DNA from: Parcubacteria group bacterium LiPW_41
GTDB lineage: Bacteria > Patescibacteriota > Minisyncoccia > UBA6257 > GWB1-50-10
Assembly (NCBI GenBank): GCA_007375535.1
Contig: VMEM01000004.1
Coordinates: forward strand, 22,545-86,544
DNA: 64,000 nucleotides
Direction of reading: 5' to 3'
Below the pieces are notes generated by a model. It was not told where the DNA came from. It was given only the letters and a program-made list of their open reading frames with translations, and did not search any database. This document shows, one piece after another, positions 51,754 to 59,583 of this stretch; position 1 is the stretch's first letter, and every line of letters starts with the position of its first letter. Both the position numbers and the translations under genes were made by a program.

Positions 51754-51829
51754 AATAGATGCATATAAAACCCCCTCACTAGAGGGGGTTTGGTTGCGTG
51801 TGGTATTAAAACAATATACTCTAAAAAAC

Positions 51830-52930
51830 GTGAGAAGATTCGGTGTATTAATTAGTTTTATATTAGTTTTTTTCCCGCTGTACACATTTGGTGCTCAGAA
51901 ATTTTCGTATGGCGTTTGGATACCATATTGGAAGCGTACTGCTGCGGTTCCCGAAGTTTCAAAAAATATTTCAAAAATAAAAACAATAAGCCCATTTTCT
52001 TATGAGGTTCAAAAGAATGGGAAGATATGGGATGCAATGAAATTGAAAGAAGAGGGATGGCTTCAACTATTAGAGTTAACAGGAAGTGAGGGAAAGACAA
52101 TCGTTCCTACAATTACATGGATGAAGGGAGATGAGATACATAGTACACTTTCTTCATCAACGCTCCGTTTGGCACATATAAAGAATATAGTCACGCTTGT
52201 AGATCAAAACGATTTTGATGGTGTAGATATTGATTATGAAAACAAATTAGCAGAGACAAAGGTTTATTTTACAAAATTTATTACTGAGCTAAAGAAAGAA
52301 TTAGCAAAAAGAAAAAAGATTTTGTCTTGCACACTTGAGGCGCGTACCCCATTAGCTTCGAGGTTTTCGATAGTTCCAAAAAATCTTGAATACGCAAACG
52401 ATTTTAAGGAGTTGGGGAAAGTGTGTGACGAGGTGCGTATTATGGCATACGGACAGGGGAATATTGATATTCTACTTAACAAAGCAAAGCGAAATAACGG
52501 GAAATATTATATGCCAGTGGCCGACAAAGATTGGGTGGAGAAGGTAATTAAAGAGGCATTGAAATCTATTAAAAAAGAAAAAATAGTGCTTGGTGTTGCA
52601 AATTTTGGATATGAATATTCTCTTTCAACTTCATCATCTTCTAGTACAGCAAAATATGAAAAGTTGAGAAGTGTGACTTATAAAGATGTTTCTAATATTC
52701 TTTCACTTCAAAATAAAAAAGGAGAAAGAAACAGTGCTGGAGAGTTTGAATTGGTTTATACTACCTCTACGATTGGGAATTCAACGAGTTCTTTGAGGTT
52801 TATATCATTTTCAGATGCGTATGCAATTCAGGACAAAATAAAACTTGCAAAGAAGTACAATCTGAAAGGAGTTATGGTGTTTAGAATAGACGGGGAAAGC
52901 GATCCAAAACTTTGGGAAATAATGAAATAA
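51830..52930 (+). CDS. GH18 glycoside hydrolase
   Basis: FDGVDIDYE, IMAY; start placed at GTG 51830. Confidence 0.85.
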   Translation: MRRFGVLISFILVFFPLYTFGAQKFSYGVWIPYWKRTAAVPEVSKNISKIKTISPFSYEVQKNGKIWDAMKLKEEGWLQLLELTGSEGKTIVPTITWMKGDEIHSTLSSSTLRLAHIKNIVTLVDQNDFDGVDIDYENKLAETKVYFTKFITELKKELAKRKKILSCTLEARTPLASRFSIVPKNLEYANDFKELGKVCDEVRIMAYGQGNIDILLNKAKRNNGKYYMPVADKDWVEKVIKEALKSIKKEKIVLGVANFGYEYSLSTSSSSSTAKYEKLRSVTYKDVSNILSLQNKKGERNSAGEFELVYTTSTIGNSTSSLRFISFSDAYAIQDKIKLAKKYNLKGVMVFRIDGESDPKLWEIMK

Positions 52931-52956
52931 AAACCCCATTTTAGTGGGGGTTTTTA

Positions 52957-53358
52957 TTAAAGTCCATGTGATTTAAAGCAGGGGATATATTTTACATCAA
53001 TTGTTGCTAGGTGATGGATGAGCCAATTTTCAAGGAAATCAATGAGAATTGAAGAAATTTCTGACTCCCCGTGTTCAAATGAGTTTTTAAACTCAGCTAT
53101 TTTTGATTGAAATTTTCTATGTTCTTTAATGTGTTCTTCCATTCCTTCGTAATTAAATTCGTGGAAATATTTTTCTTCGGTCGAAAAATGGAGGGTAATA
53201 TAGCTTTCTAAGTCAGTAAATATCTTTGCTAGATGTTCTCTTCCTTTTCCTTCCAGAATCGCTTCATAGAGTGAATTTAGTGTTGCTACAAACATTTTGT
53301 GTTGTTCGTCGATAACTGCAATTCCCATATTATATTCGGGCTTCCATTCAATTTTCAT
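52957..53358 (-). CDS. Bacteriohemerythrin
   Basis: W..MGIAVIDEQH, HFSTEE, HIKEH, WLIHH...D. Confidence 0.92.
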   Translation of the reverse strand: MKIEWKPEYNMGIAVIDEQHKMFVATLNSLYEAILEGKGREHLAKIFTDLESYITLHFSTEEKYFHEFNYEGMEEHIKEHRKFQSKIAEFKNSFEHGESEISSILIDFLENWLIHHLATIDVKYIPCFKSHGL

Positions 53359-53412
53359 ATAGAATTATTCTATCACTTTTTATAATGTTTTTCTGTGCTA
53401 AAATTCTGGTAT

Positions 53413-54336
53413 ATGGGAATAAATAAAAAAAGGATGATAGTTATTTTTATTGTCCTGCTTACAATTGGTGGTTTTGGTTGTGGAACATTTTTTTATTTTG
53501 ATTCGATGGAGAAGAACAAACTTCTAGAAGAGGAGGTGTCATTACTCAACAGGACACTCATTCATACAAAAGAACTTCTTTTTCGTTTACAAACAAATAA
53601 TGTAGATCTGACGGATATGCTTGAAGGTGAAAGAAATACCAATCAAGATCTTTCAAAAAATCTTCAGGTGGAGCAAGAAAAAAATACGATGTTTCAATCC
53701 CAAATTCAGAATATTTCAGGTGTGGTTGGAACGCTGCAAAAATTGAGTCAAACTGACGAAGAGCTTCTCAAAAAATATTCAAAGGTTTATTTTCTAAGTG
53801 AAAATTACATTCCATCAAAACTCTCGAGAATAGATGGACAATATCTTCTTAATTCAAGTGCTGAGCTTTATTTTCATGGAGATGTACTCCCATTTCTTTC
53901 AGTGATGATATCAGAAGCAAAAAGTAGCAATGTTGATTTAAAGATTGTTTCTGCATATCGATCATTTGATGATCAAATATCGGTAAAAACTGGATATAAG
54001 ACGCTTTATGGTTCTGGTGCAAACCAGTTTTCCGCTGATCAAGGATATTCAGAACATCAACTTGGAACTACTATAGACTTTACAAATCCAACACTAAAAA
54101 AATTGGTAACTGATTTTGAAAACAAACCTGAATATAAGTGGCTTACTGAAAATGCCTATAGGTATGGATTTGTTCTTTCTTATCCAAAAGGGAATTCATA
54201 TTACCAATATGAGCCGTGGCATTGGAGGTTTGTTGGAATCTCACTTGCAAAGAAACTTCGTGACGAGAAGAAGAATTTTTATGATCTTACTCAGAGAGAA
54301 ATCGATGCGTATCTCATATCTGTTTTTGATAGATAG
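53413..54336 (+). CDS. M15B D-Ala-D-Ala carboxypeptidase (VanY-like) on a coiled-coil stalk
   Basis: SAYRS, SEHQLG..D, YEPWHWR. Confidence 0.88.
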   Translation: MGINKKRMIVIFIVLLTIGGFGCGTFFYFDSMEKNKLLEEEVSLLNRTLIHTKELLFRLQTNNVDLTDMLEGERNTNQDLSKNLQVEQEKNTMFQSQIQNISGVVGTLQKLSQTDEELLKKYSKVYFLSENYIPSKLSRIDGQYLLNSSAELYFHGDVLPFLSVMISEAKSSNVDLKIVSAYRSFDDQISVKTGYKTLYGSGANQFSADQGYSEHQLGTTIDFTNPTLKKLVTDFENKPEYKWLTENAYRYGFVLSYPKGNSYYQYEPWHWRFVGISLAKKLRDEKKNFYDLTQREIDAYLISVFDR

Positions 54337-54416
54337 TGCAGAAAAAAAATAGTTTGACTGCTTTAATGTTTAGCAGTATAAAACTAACATACATTACAAA
54401 CTAAATAGAGGTTGTT

Positions 54417-54641
54417 ATGACTGAACGAACACTTCGCAAATTACTCGAAAAGCATGGGTATACTTATGTTCAAGAAACAGAAGCTGCTACTACCGGCACA
54501 CTTGGTGTGTATGTGGGCGACACAAACATAGTTATCTATGCTGTAAGGGGAAAAAAGAGAATCAGGCTTGGAGTGAAGGATTTAATTCTTCGGACCTCGA
54601 ATAACTCTTTTAAAAAGAATGAAGTATATAAAAAATTATAG
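54417..54641 (+). CDS. Hypothetical protein
   Basis: TTGACT-17-TATAAA promoter and SD GAGG upstream. Confidence 0.55.
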   Translation: MTERTLRKLLEKHGYTYVQETEAATTGTLGVYVGDTNIVIYAVRGKKRIRLGVKDLILRTSNNSFKKNEVYKKL

Positions 54642-54650
54642 GAGGTTGGA

Positions 54651-54965
54651 ATGTCAGGAGATCTTATAAATGGACTGTTTGAACTTTTTGGGGGAATCTT
54701 AATGTTTGGAAATTGTTATAAAATTTGGAGTGATGAGCAGGTAAGAGGATCAAGTGTTTATATTGCATTTTTCTTCACCTTGTGGGGATATTGGAATTTG
54801 TACTACTATCCATCGCTCAATCAGTGGTTGAGTTTCTTTGGTGGAGTTCTTATCGTAATTGGAAACACAATTTGGGTTAGTTTTGCAGTTTACTATTCCC
54901 AAAAAGAATTAAAAGAAGATTATTATTCTGTTGTTGAAAAATTGAAGTCAATTTTTCAAAAATAA
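54651..54965 (+). CDS. Small 3-TM membrane protein (PQ-loop/SemiSWEET-like)
   Basis: Three TMs, VRGSS..WGYWNLYYY; SD AGGAGG. Confidence 0.55.
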   Translation: MSGDLINGLFELFGGILMFGNCYKIWSDEQVRGSSVYIAFFFTLWGYWNLYYYPSLNQWLSFFGGVLIVIGNTIWVSFAVYYSQKELKEDYYSVVEKLKSIFQK

Positions 54966-55004
54966 ATTTTTCTTTAAGTTTAAAGATAAGTTTTTGAGGT
55001 TCCT

Positions 55005-55265
55005 ATGGAAAAGAAAGTTATTCCTAGAAAGGAGTATATGAAAAAACAAATAGAGGAAGCGCTTAGTGAGGAAAACAAATGGTATGCAGGAGAAAAACTT
55101 GGTCATGCTCCGACCGTTGCTGAGGCGATAATCTATTACGCAGAGTGTCCTGATGGTGGTGCAAAACATTTTGCCGAAGAATATATTCCAGAGGATATGG
55201 TTAAAAAACCAGATGAGGCTCAAAATAAGAGCACAAAAAATGAAAAAAATAATCCCCCTAAATAG
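55005..55265 (+). CDS. Hypothetical protein
   Basis: 86-aa ORF with SD GAGG; ends in a bidirectional terminator. Confidence 0.55.
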   Translation: MEKKVIPRKEYMKKQIEEALSEENKWYAGEKLGHAPTVAEAIIYYAECPDGGAKHFAEEYIPEDMVKKPDEAQNKSTKNEKNNPPK

Positions 55266-55274
55266 GGGGATTTT

Positions 55275-55715
55275 TCATTGTAAATCATTCATTGTTTTGT
55301 ATGCAGCTTCGAATTCGTGATCTAACCCAAGAGATGCGAGATTTTTTATGTAGAGTATTGCGGCATCAAAACCAATTACTATTCTTCTTGATATGCCAAC
55401 AATCATTGGACTGACAAATCCAATTTCTTTATCTAGACAAAGAATGGTGAGTTTGTCATTTGCGTTTGCGTGTGTGGTTTCTATGGTTGTGCCGGTATCG
55501 CCATGTGGTTTTTTAACATACGTTAAGGTGCAATCGCATTGTTCTACGCCGCCAAGATCTCCCGAGACGAATACGGCTATACATCCTTGTTTCGTATCGA
55601 AACGAGGATCAAAAAAATGCACCTCAGGAATTTTTTCTTTAATATAGTCTCTCCAATCGGAATAGTCTTCATATTTATCAAACGGACCAGCGAGATAAAT
55701 AGAAATGGGATTCAT
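55275..55715 (-). CDS. Nucleoside 2-deoxyribosyltransferase-like protein
   Basis: IYLAGP, WR, FDP, D...CD, GxTIE motifs; SD AGGAGG. Confidence 0.7.
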   Translation of the reverse strand: MNPISIYLAGPFDKYEDYSDWRDYIKEKIPEVHFFDPRFDTKQGCIAVFVSGDLGGVEQCDCTLTYVKKPHGDTGTTIETTHANANDKLTILCLDKEIGFVSPMIVGISRRIVIGFDAAILYIKNLASLGLDHEFEAAYKTMNDLQ

Positions 55716-55857
55716 AAATCCTCCTATTGTTAATGATGGTACAACAATATCACCAATATCTTGTTTGGGGCAAGTTTAGGTTTGAGTCCTTTTTGTTTAA
55801 AAATTAGAAATTGATAATTAAAAATTCAAACTCCGATATTTCTATCGGAGTTTGGTA

Positions 55858-55879
55858 TTTGTGTCCCCACTAGGATTCG
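55858..55879 (-). repeat. Duplicate of the tRNA-Lys 3' end (att-like)
   Basis: TTTGTGTCCCCACTAGGATTCG matches 55995-56016 at 21/22 positions. Confidence 0.8.
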
Positions 55880-55998
55880 CTTCTCGCACTGCTGTGCTCG
55901 AAACCTACGTCCTCTCTTCGAAGACTGAGGCCCGCGGTTCGAATCTCTGCGTGGGTAAAACAAAAAGCGAGGAATAAATCCTCACTTTTTGTTTTTTG

Positions 55999-56071
55999 TG
56001 CCCCCACTAGGATTCGAACCTAGGACCGTTTGCTTAAGAGGCAACTGCTCTACCAGCTGAGCTATAGGGGC
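55999..56071 (-). tRNA. tRNA-Lys(CTT)
   Basis: Reverse complement folds as a cloverleaf: GCCCCTA..GCTC/GAGC..CT CTT AA..CTAGG TTCGAAT CCTAG TGGGGGC A; CCA not encoded. Confidence 0.93.
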
Positions 56072-56201
56072 TTATCACTATTTCAGGTTTTCTTAAGTAC
56101 GGAGTTTACTATACAAAAAATTATATTTTTTATCAATGTTGCATCTTGTACTGTTGTTGGTACATACTAAGAAAGTTCATTTAAAACAAAGAGAGGTTTC
56201 C

Positions 56202-56579
56202 GTGATTAATTTTGAAGAGATACGCGATCGTATTTTCAGGCGTTCGAAGGGAGATACGCAAGATTCAATTGAGAGGGGGGAGTTGCGCGAAAGAGTTGTT
56301 TCCTGTGTGCTTCAGAAAATGAAGGATAATAAACAAATATTGGATTTTGTAAAAACTCCTAAGTATGGTCCTGCAGATCTTATCGATGGCATAGACTTTT
56401 ATGTCATTATCATGAAGCTTGAACGAGTTGTTATACCAATTCAGGTTACTGGTTATCGTTTTGTAGAAGAACATAAGAGAAAACACCCACTTATTGATGT
56501 GGTTGCAGTGCCAGACGAAGAAGAAAAAAGAGAAGAGGTTACGCGTAGCCAAATTGAACAAATTATTCAAAAATTCTGA
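56202..56579 (+). CDS. Hypothetical protein, possible PD-(D/E)XK nuclease fold
   Basis: G..RE, D..DGIDF, PIQVT pattern; GTG start with SD GAGAGG. Confidence 0.5.
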   Translation: MINFEEIRDRIFRRSKGDTQDSIERGELRERVVSCVLQKMKDNKQILDFVKTPKYGPADLIDGIDFYVIIMKLERVVIPIQVTGYRFVEEHKRKHPLIDVVAVPDEEEKREEVTRSQIEQIIQKF

Positions 56580-56683
56580 GCGCTTTGATGATCTTTACAT
56601 CAGGCGCTTTTTTGTTACAATTGCTAATGTTCCTTACAGAGAACAATATTCCTCGGTAGCTCAACGGTAGAGCGGCGCGCTGT

Positions 56684-57228
56684 GAACATGTGAGTCCATT
56701 CCATGGTATAATACACTGTGTTATGCCAGAAAAAAGGACTTATGCCGACAGGGCTGAATATATAAAACAGGCAGTCACTAAGAGAAGAAGAAAACTCAAA
56801 GAGATGCTTGTTGAATATAAAGGTGGAAAATGTGTTGTTTGCAAATATAAGAAGACTTCTTGGGCGTTAGATTTACACCATATTGATCCGATAAAAAAGG
56901 ATTTTAATATGTCTGTGCGTGGTCTCACGCGATCTTGGGAAAGATTAAAACAAGAGGCGGATAAGTGTGTTCTTCTTTGTGCAAATTGTCATAGGGAGAT
57001 TCATGCCGGCATTACGCAGCTTCCGAAAGCAATTTCGGTTGAAAAACGAAGTGAATTCGGGGAAACCCAAAAAGGGCAATCCCGAGCCAAGCCTCTAAAA
57101 AAGAGGAAGGTGTAGAGACTATCTCGAAAGAGAGTACTGTTTCATATTTATTTATGAAATGGGAAGCGCTTCGCATCCCTCAGGGATGATGATATAGTCC
57201 ATCCTTTATGGAAACATAGAGATAAATG
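56684..57228 (+). mobile_element. Group I intron (545 nt) in the tRNA-Asn anticodon
   Basis: 5' exon ends in U, intron ends in G; P (AATTCGGGGAA), Q (AATCCCGAGCCAAG), R (GTAGAGACTA), S (GATATAGTCC); P3 CGAAGTG/CGCTTCG; IGS GCAGC at 57016-57020. Confidence 0.9.
56723..57115 (+). CDS. Intron-encoded HNH homing endonuclease
   Basis: GGKCVVC..LDLHHID..CVLLCANCHREIH; extended -10 TGGTATAAT at 56704-56712. Confidence 0.85.
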   Translation: MPEKRTYADRAEYIKQAVTKRRRKLKEMLVEYKGGKCVVCKYKKTSWALDLHHIDPIKKDFNMSVRGLTRSWERLKQEADKCVLLCANCHREIHAGITQLPKAISVEKRSEFGETQKGQSRAKPLKKRKV

Positions 57229-57409
57229 TAACGCGATGGTTGTAGGTTCGAATCCTACCCGAGGAGCAAAAAATAAAAACGGCGGATTTATTCCGTTGTT
57301 TTTATTTTCCCAGATTAGGATTCGAATTGCAGGCCGGAATTATAAAATAATGAGATCTCGACCGAAGAGAGGGATAAATCCTATTTAACGATTGTGATAT
57401 GATTTTCGT

Positions 57410-57571
57410 ATGGGAAAAATAATATATTCAATTTGTGCTTTACCACTTGGAGTTTTTGTATTCGTGTATGGTGGATATGATGATAGTCCTGGCGCACAAT
57501 TGCTCGGCTTTTTAGTGGTTGTTTCTGGTGTTATTAGTGCAATAAGAAGTAAAAAGAAAGATGTTCGCTAA
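57410..57571 (+). CDS. 53-aa two-TM membrane protein (not in the ORF track)
   Basis: MGKIIYSICALPLGVFVFVYGGYDDSPGAQLLGFLVVVSGVISAIRSKKKDVR; TATGAT 6 nt upstream. Confidence 0.65.
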   Translation: MGKIIYSICALPLGVFVFVYGGYDDSPGAQLLGFLVVVSGVISAIRSKKKDVR

Positions 57572-57633
57572 TAGAATTTGTATTTTTTTGATTTATTAAT
57601 TGACATATTTTTATTTTTAAATAAAATTAGGAA

Positions 57634-57954
57634 ATGTTAAATTCAAAGATCGCAAAAACATTATTATTGTCGATAGCATTTGTAGCAGTTGCTCTTTTTT
57701 CTACATCTCCAGTAGAAGCAATGCGAGCGGAAAGCTGCTATACCGTTAATACATATTCTATTGGTACATGCACCTTTCGTGATTATGTTTGTTATGTTTC
57801 TGATTCCGTAATTTGGAGTCCAAGTGGAGGTTCTCTTCCTGCTTTTGGTATAGAGACAAGAGCTGGAGGATGGGGTACAAATGGTTGGGGTTACGATTTT
57901 TACTCAGGAAATTCATGGGGTGATCAGCTTGCTGGGTGTGGCCTTTATTATTAA
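57634..57954 (+). CDS. Small secreted Cys/Gly/aromatic-rich protein
   Basis: Signal peptide (VEA), 4 Cys; TTGACA/TAAAAT promoter just upstream; terminator downstream. Confidence 0.65.
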   Translation: MLNSKIAKTLLLSIAFVAVALFSTSPVEAMRAESCYTVNTYSIGTCTFRDYVCYVSDSVIWSPSGGSLPAFGIETRAGGWGTNGWGYDFYSGNSWGDQLAGCGLYY

Positions 57955-58082
57955 AAACCTCAAAAAATAGTGTATTAAAAAAACCTCCAAACGGAGGTTT
58001 TTTTAATGATTTAATTTCATTCGTGTTTTCTTTTCTTTTAATTATCTGTTACACTCAGAATATAAAAAGGTAATATAAAAAT

Positions 58083-58193
58083 ATGGCAAAAAGACGCACT
58101 GGTGTGGGGAAACCAAGAAAAACACACTCTCACAAAACAAAAAAGCGATTAGAAGCGAAGAGGGTAATGTTGGCAGCAAAAAAGAAAAAATAG
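58083..58193 (+). CDS. 36-aa highly basic peptide (not in the ORF track)
   Basis: MAKRRTGVGKPRKTHSHKTKKRLEAKRVMLAAKKKK followed by the hairpin AAAACCGTCCTT/AAGGACGGTTTT. Confidence 0.55.
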   Translation: MAKRRTGVGKPRKTHSHKTKKRLEAKRVMLAAKKKK

Positions 58194-58248
58194 CTCGAAA
58201 AACCGTCCTTGAAGGACGGTTTTAATTTGATTTATATATATATTAAAT

Positions 58249-59505
58249 TTACTTTGCTGCAGCGGTTCCTGCGACATATCCAGTTGTCCAGCAGATTTGG
58301 AGACTATATCCTCCTGATGGCCTGTCGATATCAAGTATGTCTCCCGTGAGAAAAAGTTTTTTGCATAATTTCGATTCCATTGTTTTTGTGTCTACCTCTG
58401 TAAGTGGAACTCCGCCACTCGTCACTATCGCTTTTTCTTTTCCTAATATACCCTCGACATTCATTGGGATGCCCTTAAGAATTTTTGCTAAAAACAAACG
58501 TTTTTCTCTTGTGATACTATGACAAAACGTCTCTGGTTCTATATTAGAAAAATCCATTATAATTTTTTGAAACGTAGAAACTGGAGCAATGGTATTTACT
58601 ATGTTTTTAAATTTTTTATTTTGCTCTTTTATAAAAAGCGCTTGAAGCATTTTGTTTGTTTCCCCATCCCCAAGATGGGGGAGTATATCAAGTTTTATAA
58701 CAACTGGTCCATAATGGAGAAGGTCTCTGACGTCTTTGCTCATATTTATGATCGTGGGTCCGCTTATTCCAAAGTGAGTAAATAATACATTCCCTTTTTT
58801 TGAAAATTGTTTTTTGTTATTTTGAAATACATTTATTTTAATATTACTTAATGTGACACCTTGCAATGTTTTTACCCACTCGTCACTGATCGCAATTGGT
58901 ACGAGAGATGCGTCTGATTCTTCTATTGTGTGCCCAAGTGAGGCAAGCCATTTAAATCCATCACCCGTTGATCCTGTTTCGGGGCGAGAGGTTCCTCCTG
59001 TTGCGATGATAATTTTTTTTGCTTTAATGATTTCATCCTCTTTCGTTTGTATAGAGAATGTGTTGTCTTTGTTGATGGTTATATTACTTACTATTTTTTT
59101 TGTTTTTATGGTGACATCACCCTTATTTATATATTTAATAAGAGCATCAAGTACTGATTTTGCTTTATCACTAATTGGAAACACACGTCCTCCTGCCTCC
59201 ATTTTTGTATCAAGTCCGTGTTTATTAAAAAAAGAAATCGTGTCCTCAATATTCATTTGAGAGAATGTAGAGAAAAGAAACTTTTCATTTTCTTTTAACT
59301 TTGAGAGAAATGCACGCGTACTTGGTTCAGCATTAGTGAGATTACAACGACCTCCTCCTGTTAATAGTAGTTTTTTCCCAAGCGTTTCATTTTTTTCTAT
59401 GAGAATTACACGGGCACCTAATTCGGCTGCTCTTCCAGCCGCCATCATACCAGATGGACCTCCTCCTATCACTGCCACATCCCATATTTTGTGATCTCCT
59501 TTCAT
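58249..59505 (-). CDS. HI0933/BaiN-family flavoprotein
   Basis: GGGPSG, TGGGRCN, GSTGDG, FTHFGISGP, GGYSLQ. Confidence 0.92.
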   Translation of the reverse strand: MKGDHKIWDVAVIGGGPSGMMAAGRAAELGARVILIEKNETLGKKLLLTGGGRCNLTNAEPSTRAFLSKLKENEKFLFSTFSQMNIEDTISFFNKHGLDTKMEAGGRVFPISDKAKSVLDALIKYINKGDVTIKTKKIVSNITINKDNTFSIQTKEDEIIKAKKIIIATGGTSRPETGSTGDGFKWLASLGHTIEESDASLVPIAISDEWVKTLQGVTLSNIKINVFQNNKKQFSKKGNVLFTHFGISGPTIINMSKDVRDLLHYGPVVIKLDILPHLGDGETNKMLQALFIKEQNKKFKNIVNTIAPVSTFQKIIMDFSNIEPETFCHSITREKRLFLAKILKGIPMNVEGILGKEKAIVTSGGVPLTEVDTKTMESKLCKKLFLTGDILDIDRPSGGYSLQICWTTGYVAGTAAAK

Positions 59506-59583
59506 CTGTTTATTGAAGTATAATTGACATTACCTTATTTTTCTAGCAGAATTAATCGCTGACTCAACATACATCAAATTTTT

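Larger units (their letters stand above)
56650..57266 (+). tRNA. tRNA-Asn(GTT) interrupted by a group I intron (exons 56650-56683 and 57229-57266)
   Basis: Spliced product TCCTCGG..GCTC/GAGC..GCGCG CT GT^T AA CGCG..GTAGG TTCGAAT CCTAC CCGAGGA G. Confidence 0.9.

Noticed and set aside
56650-56695. tRNA-His(GTG) read from the unspliced sequence CTGTGAA
   Set aside because: No T-arm or acceptor 3' strand follows; the matching 3' half is at 57229-57266 and gives GTT after splicing.
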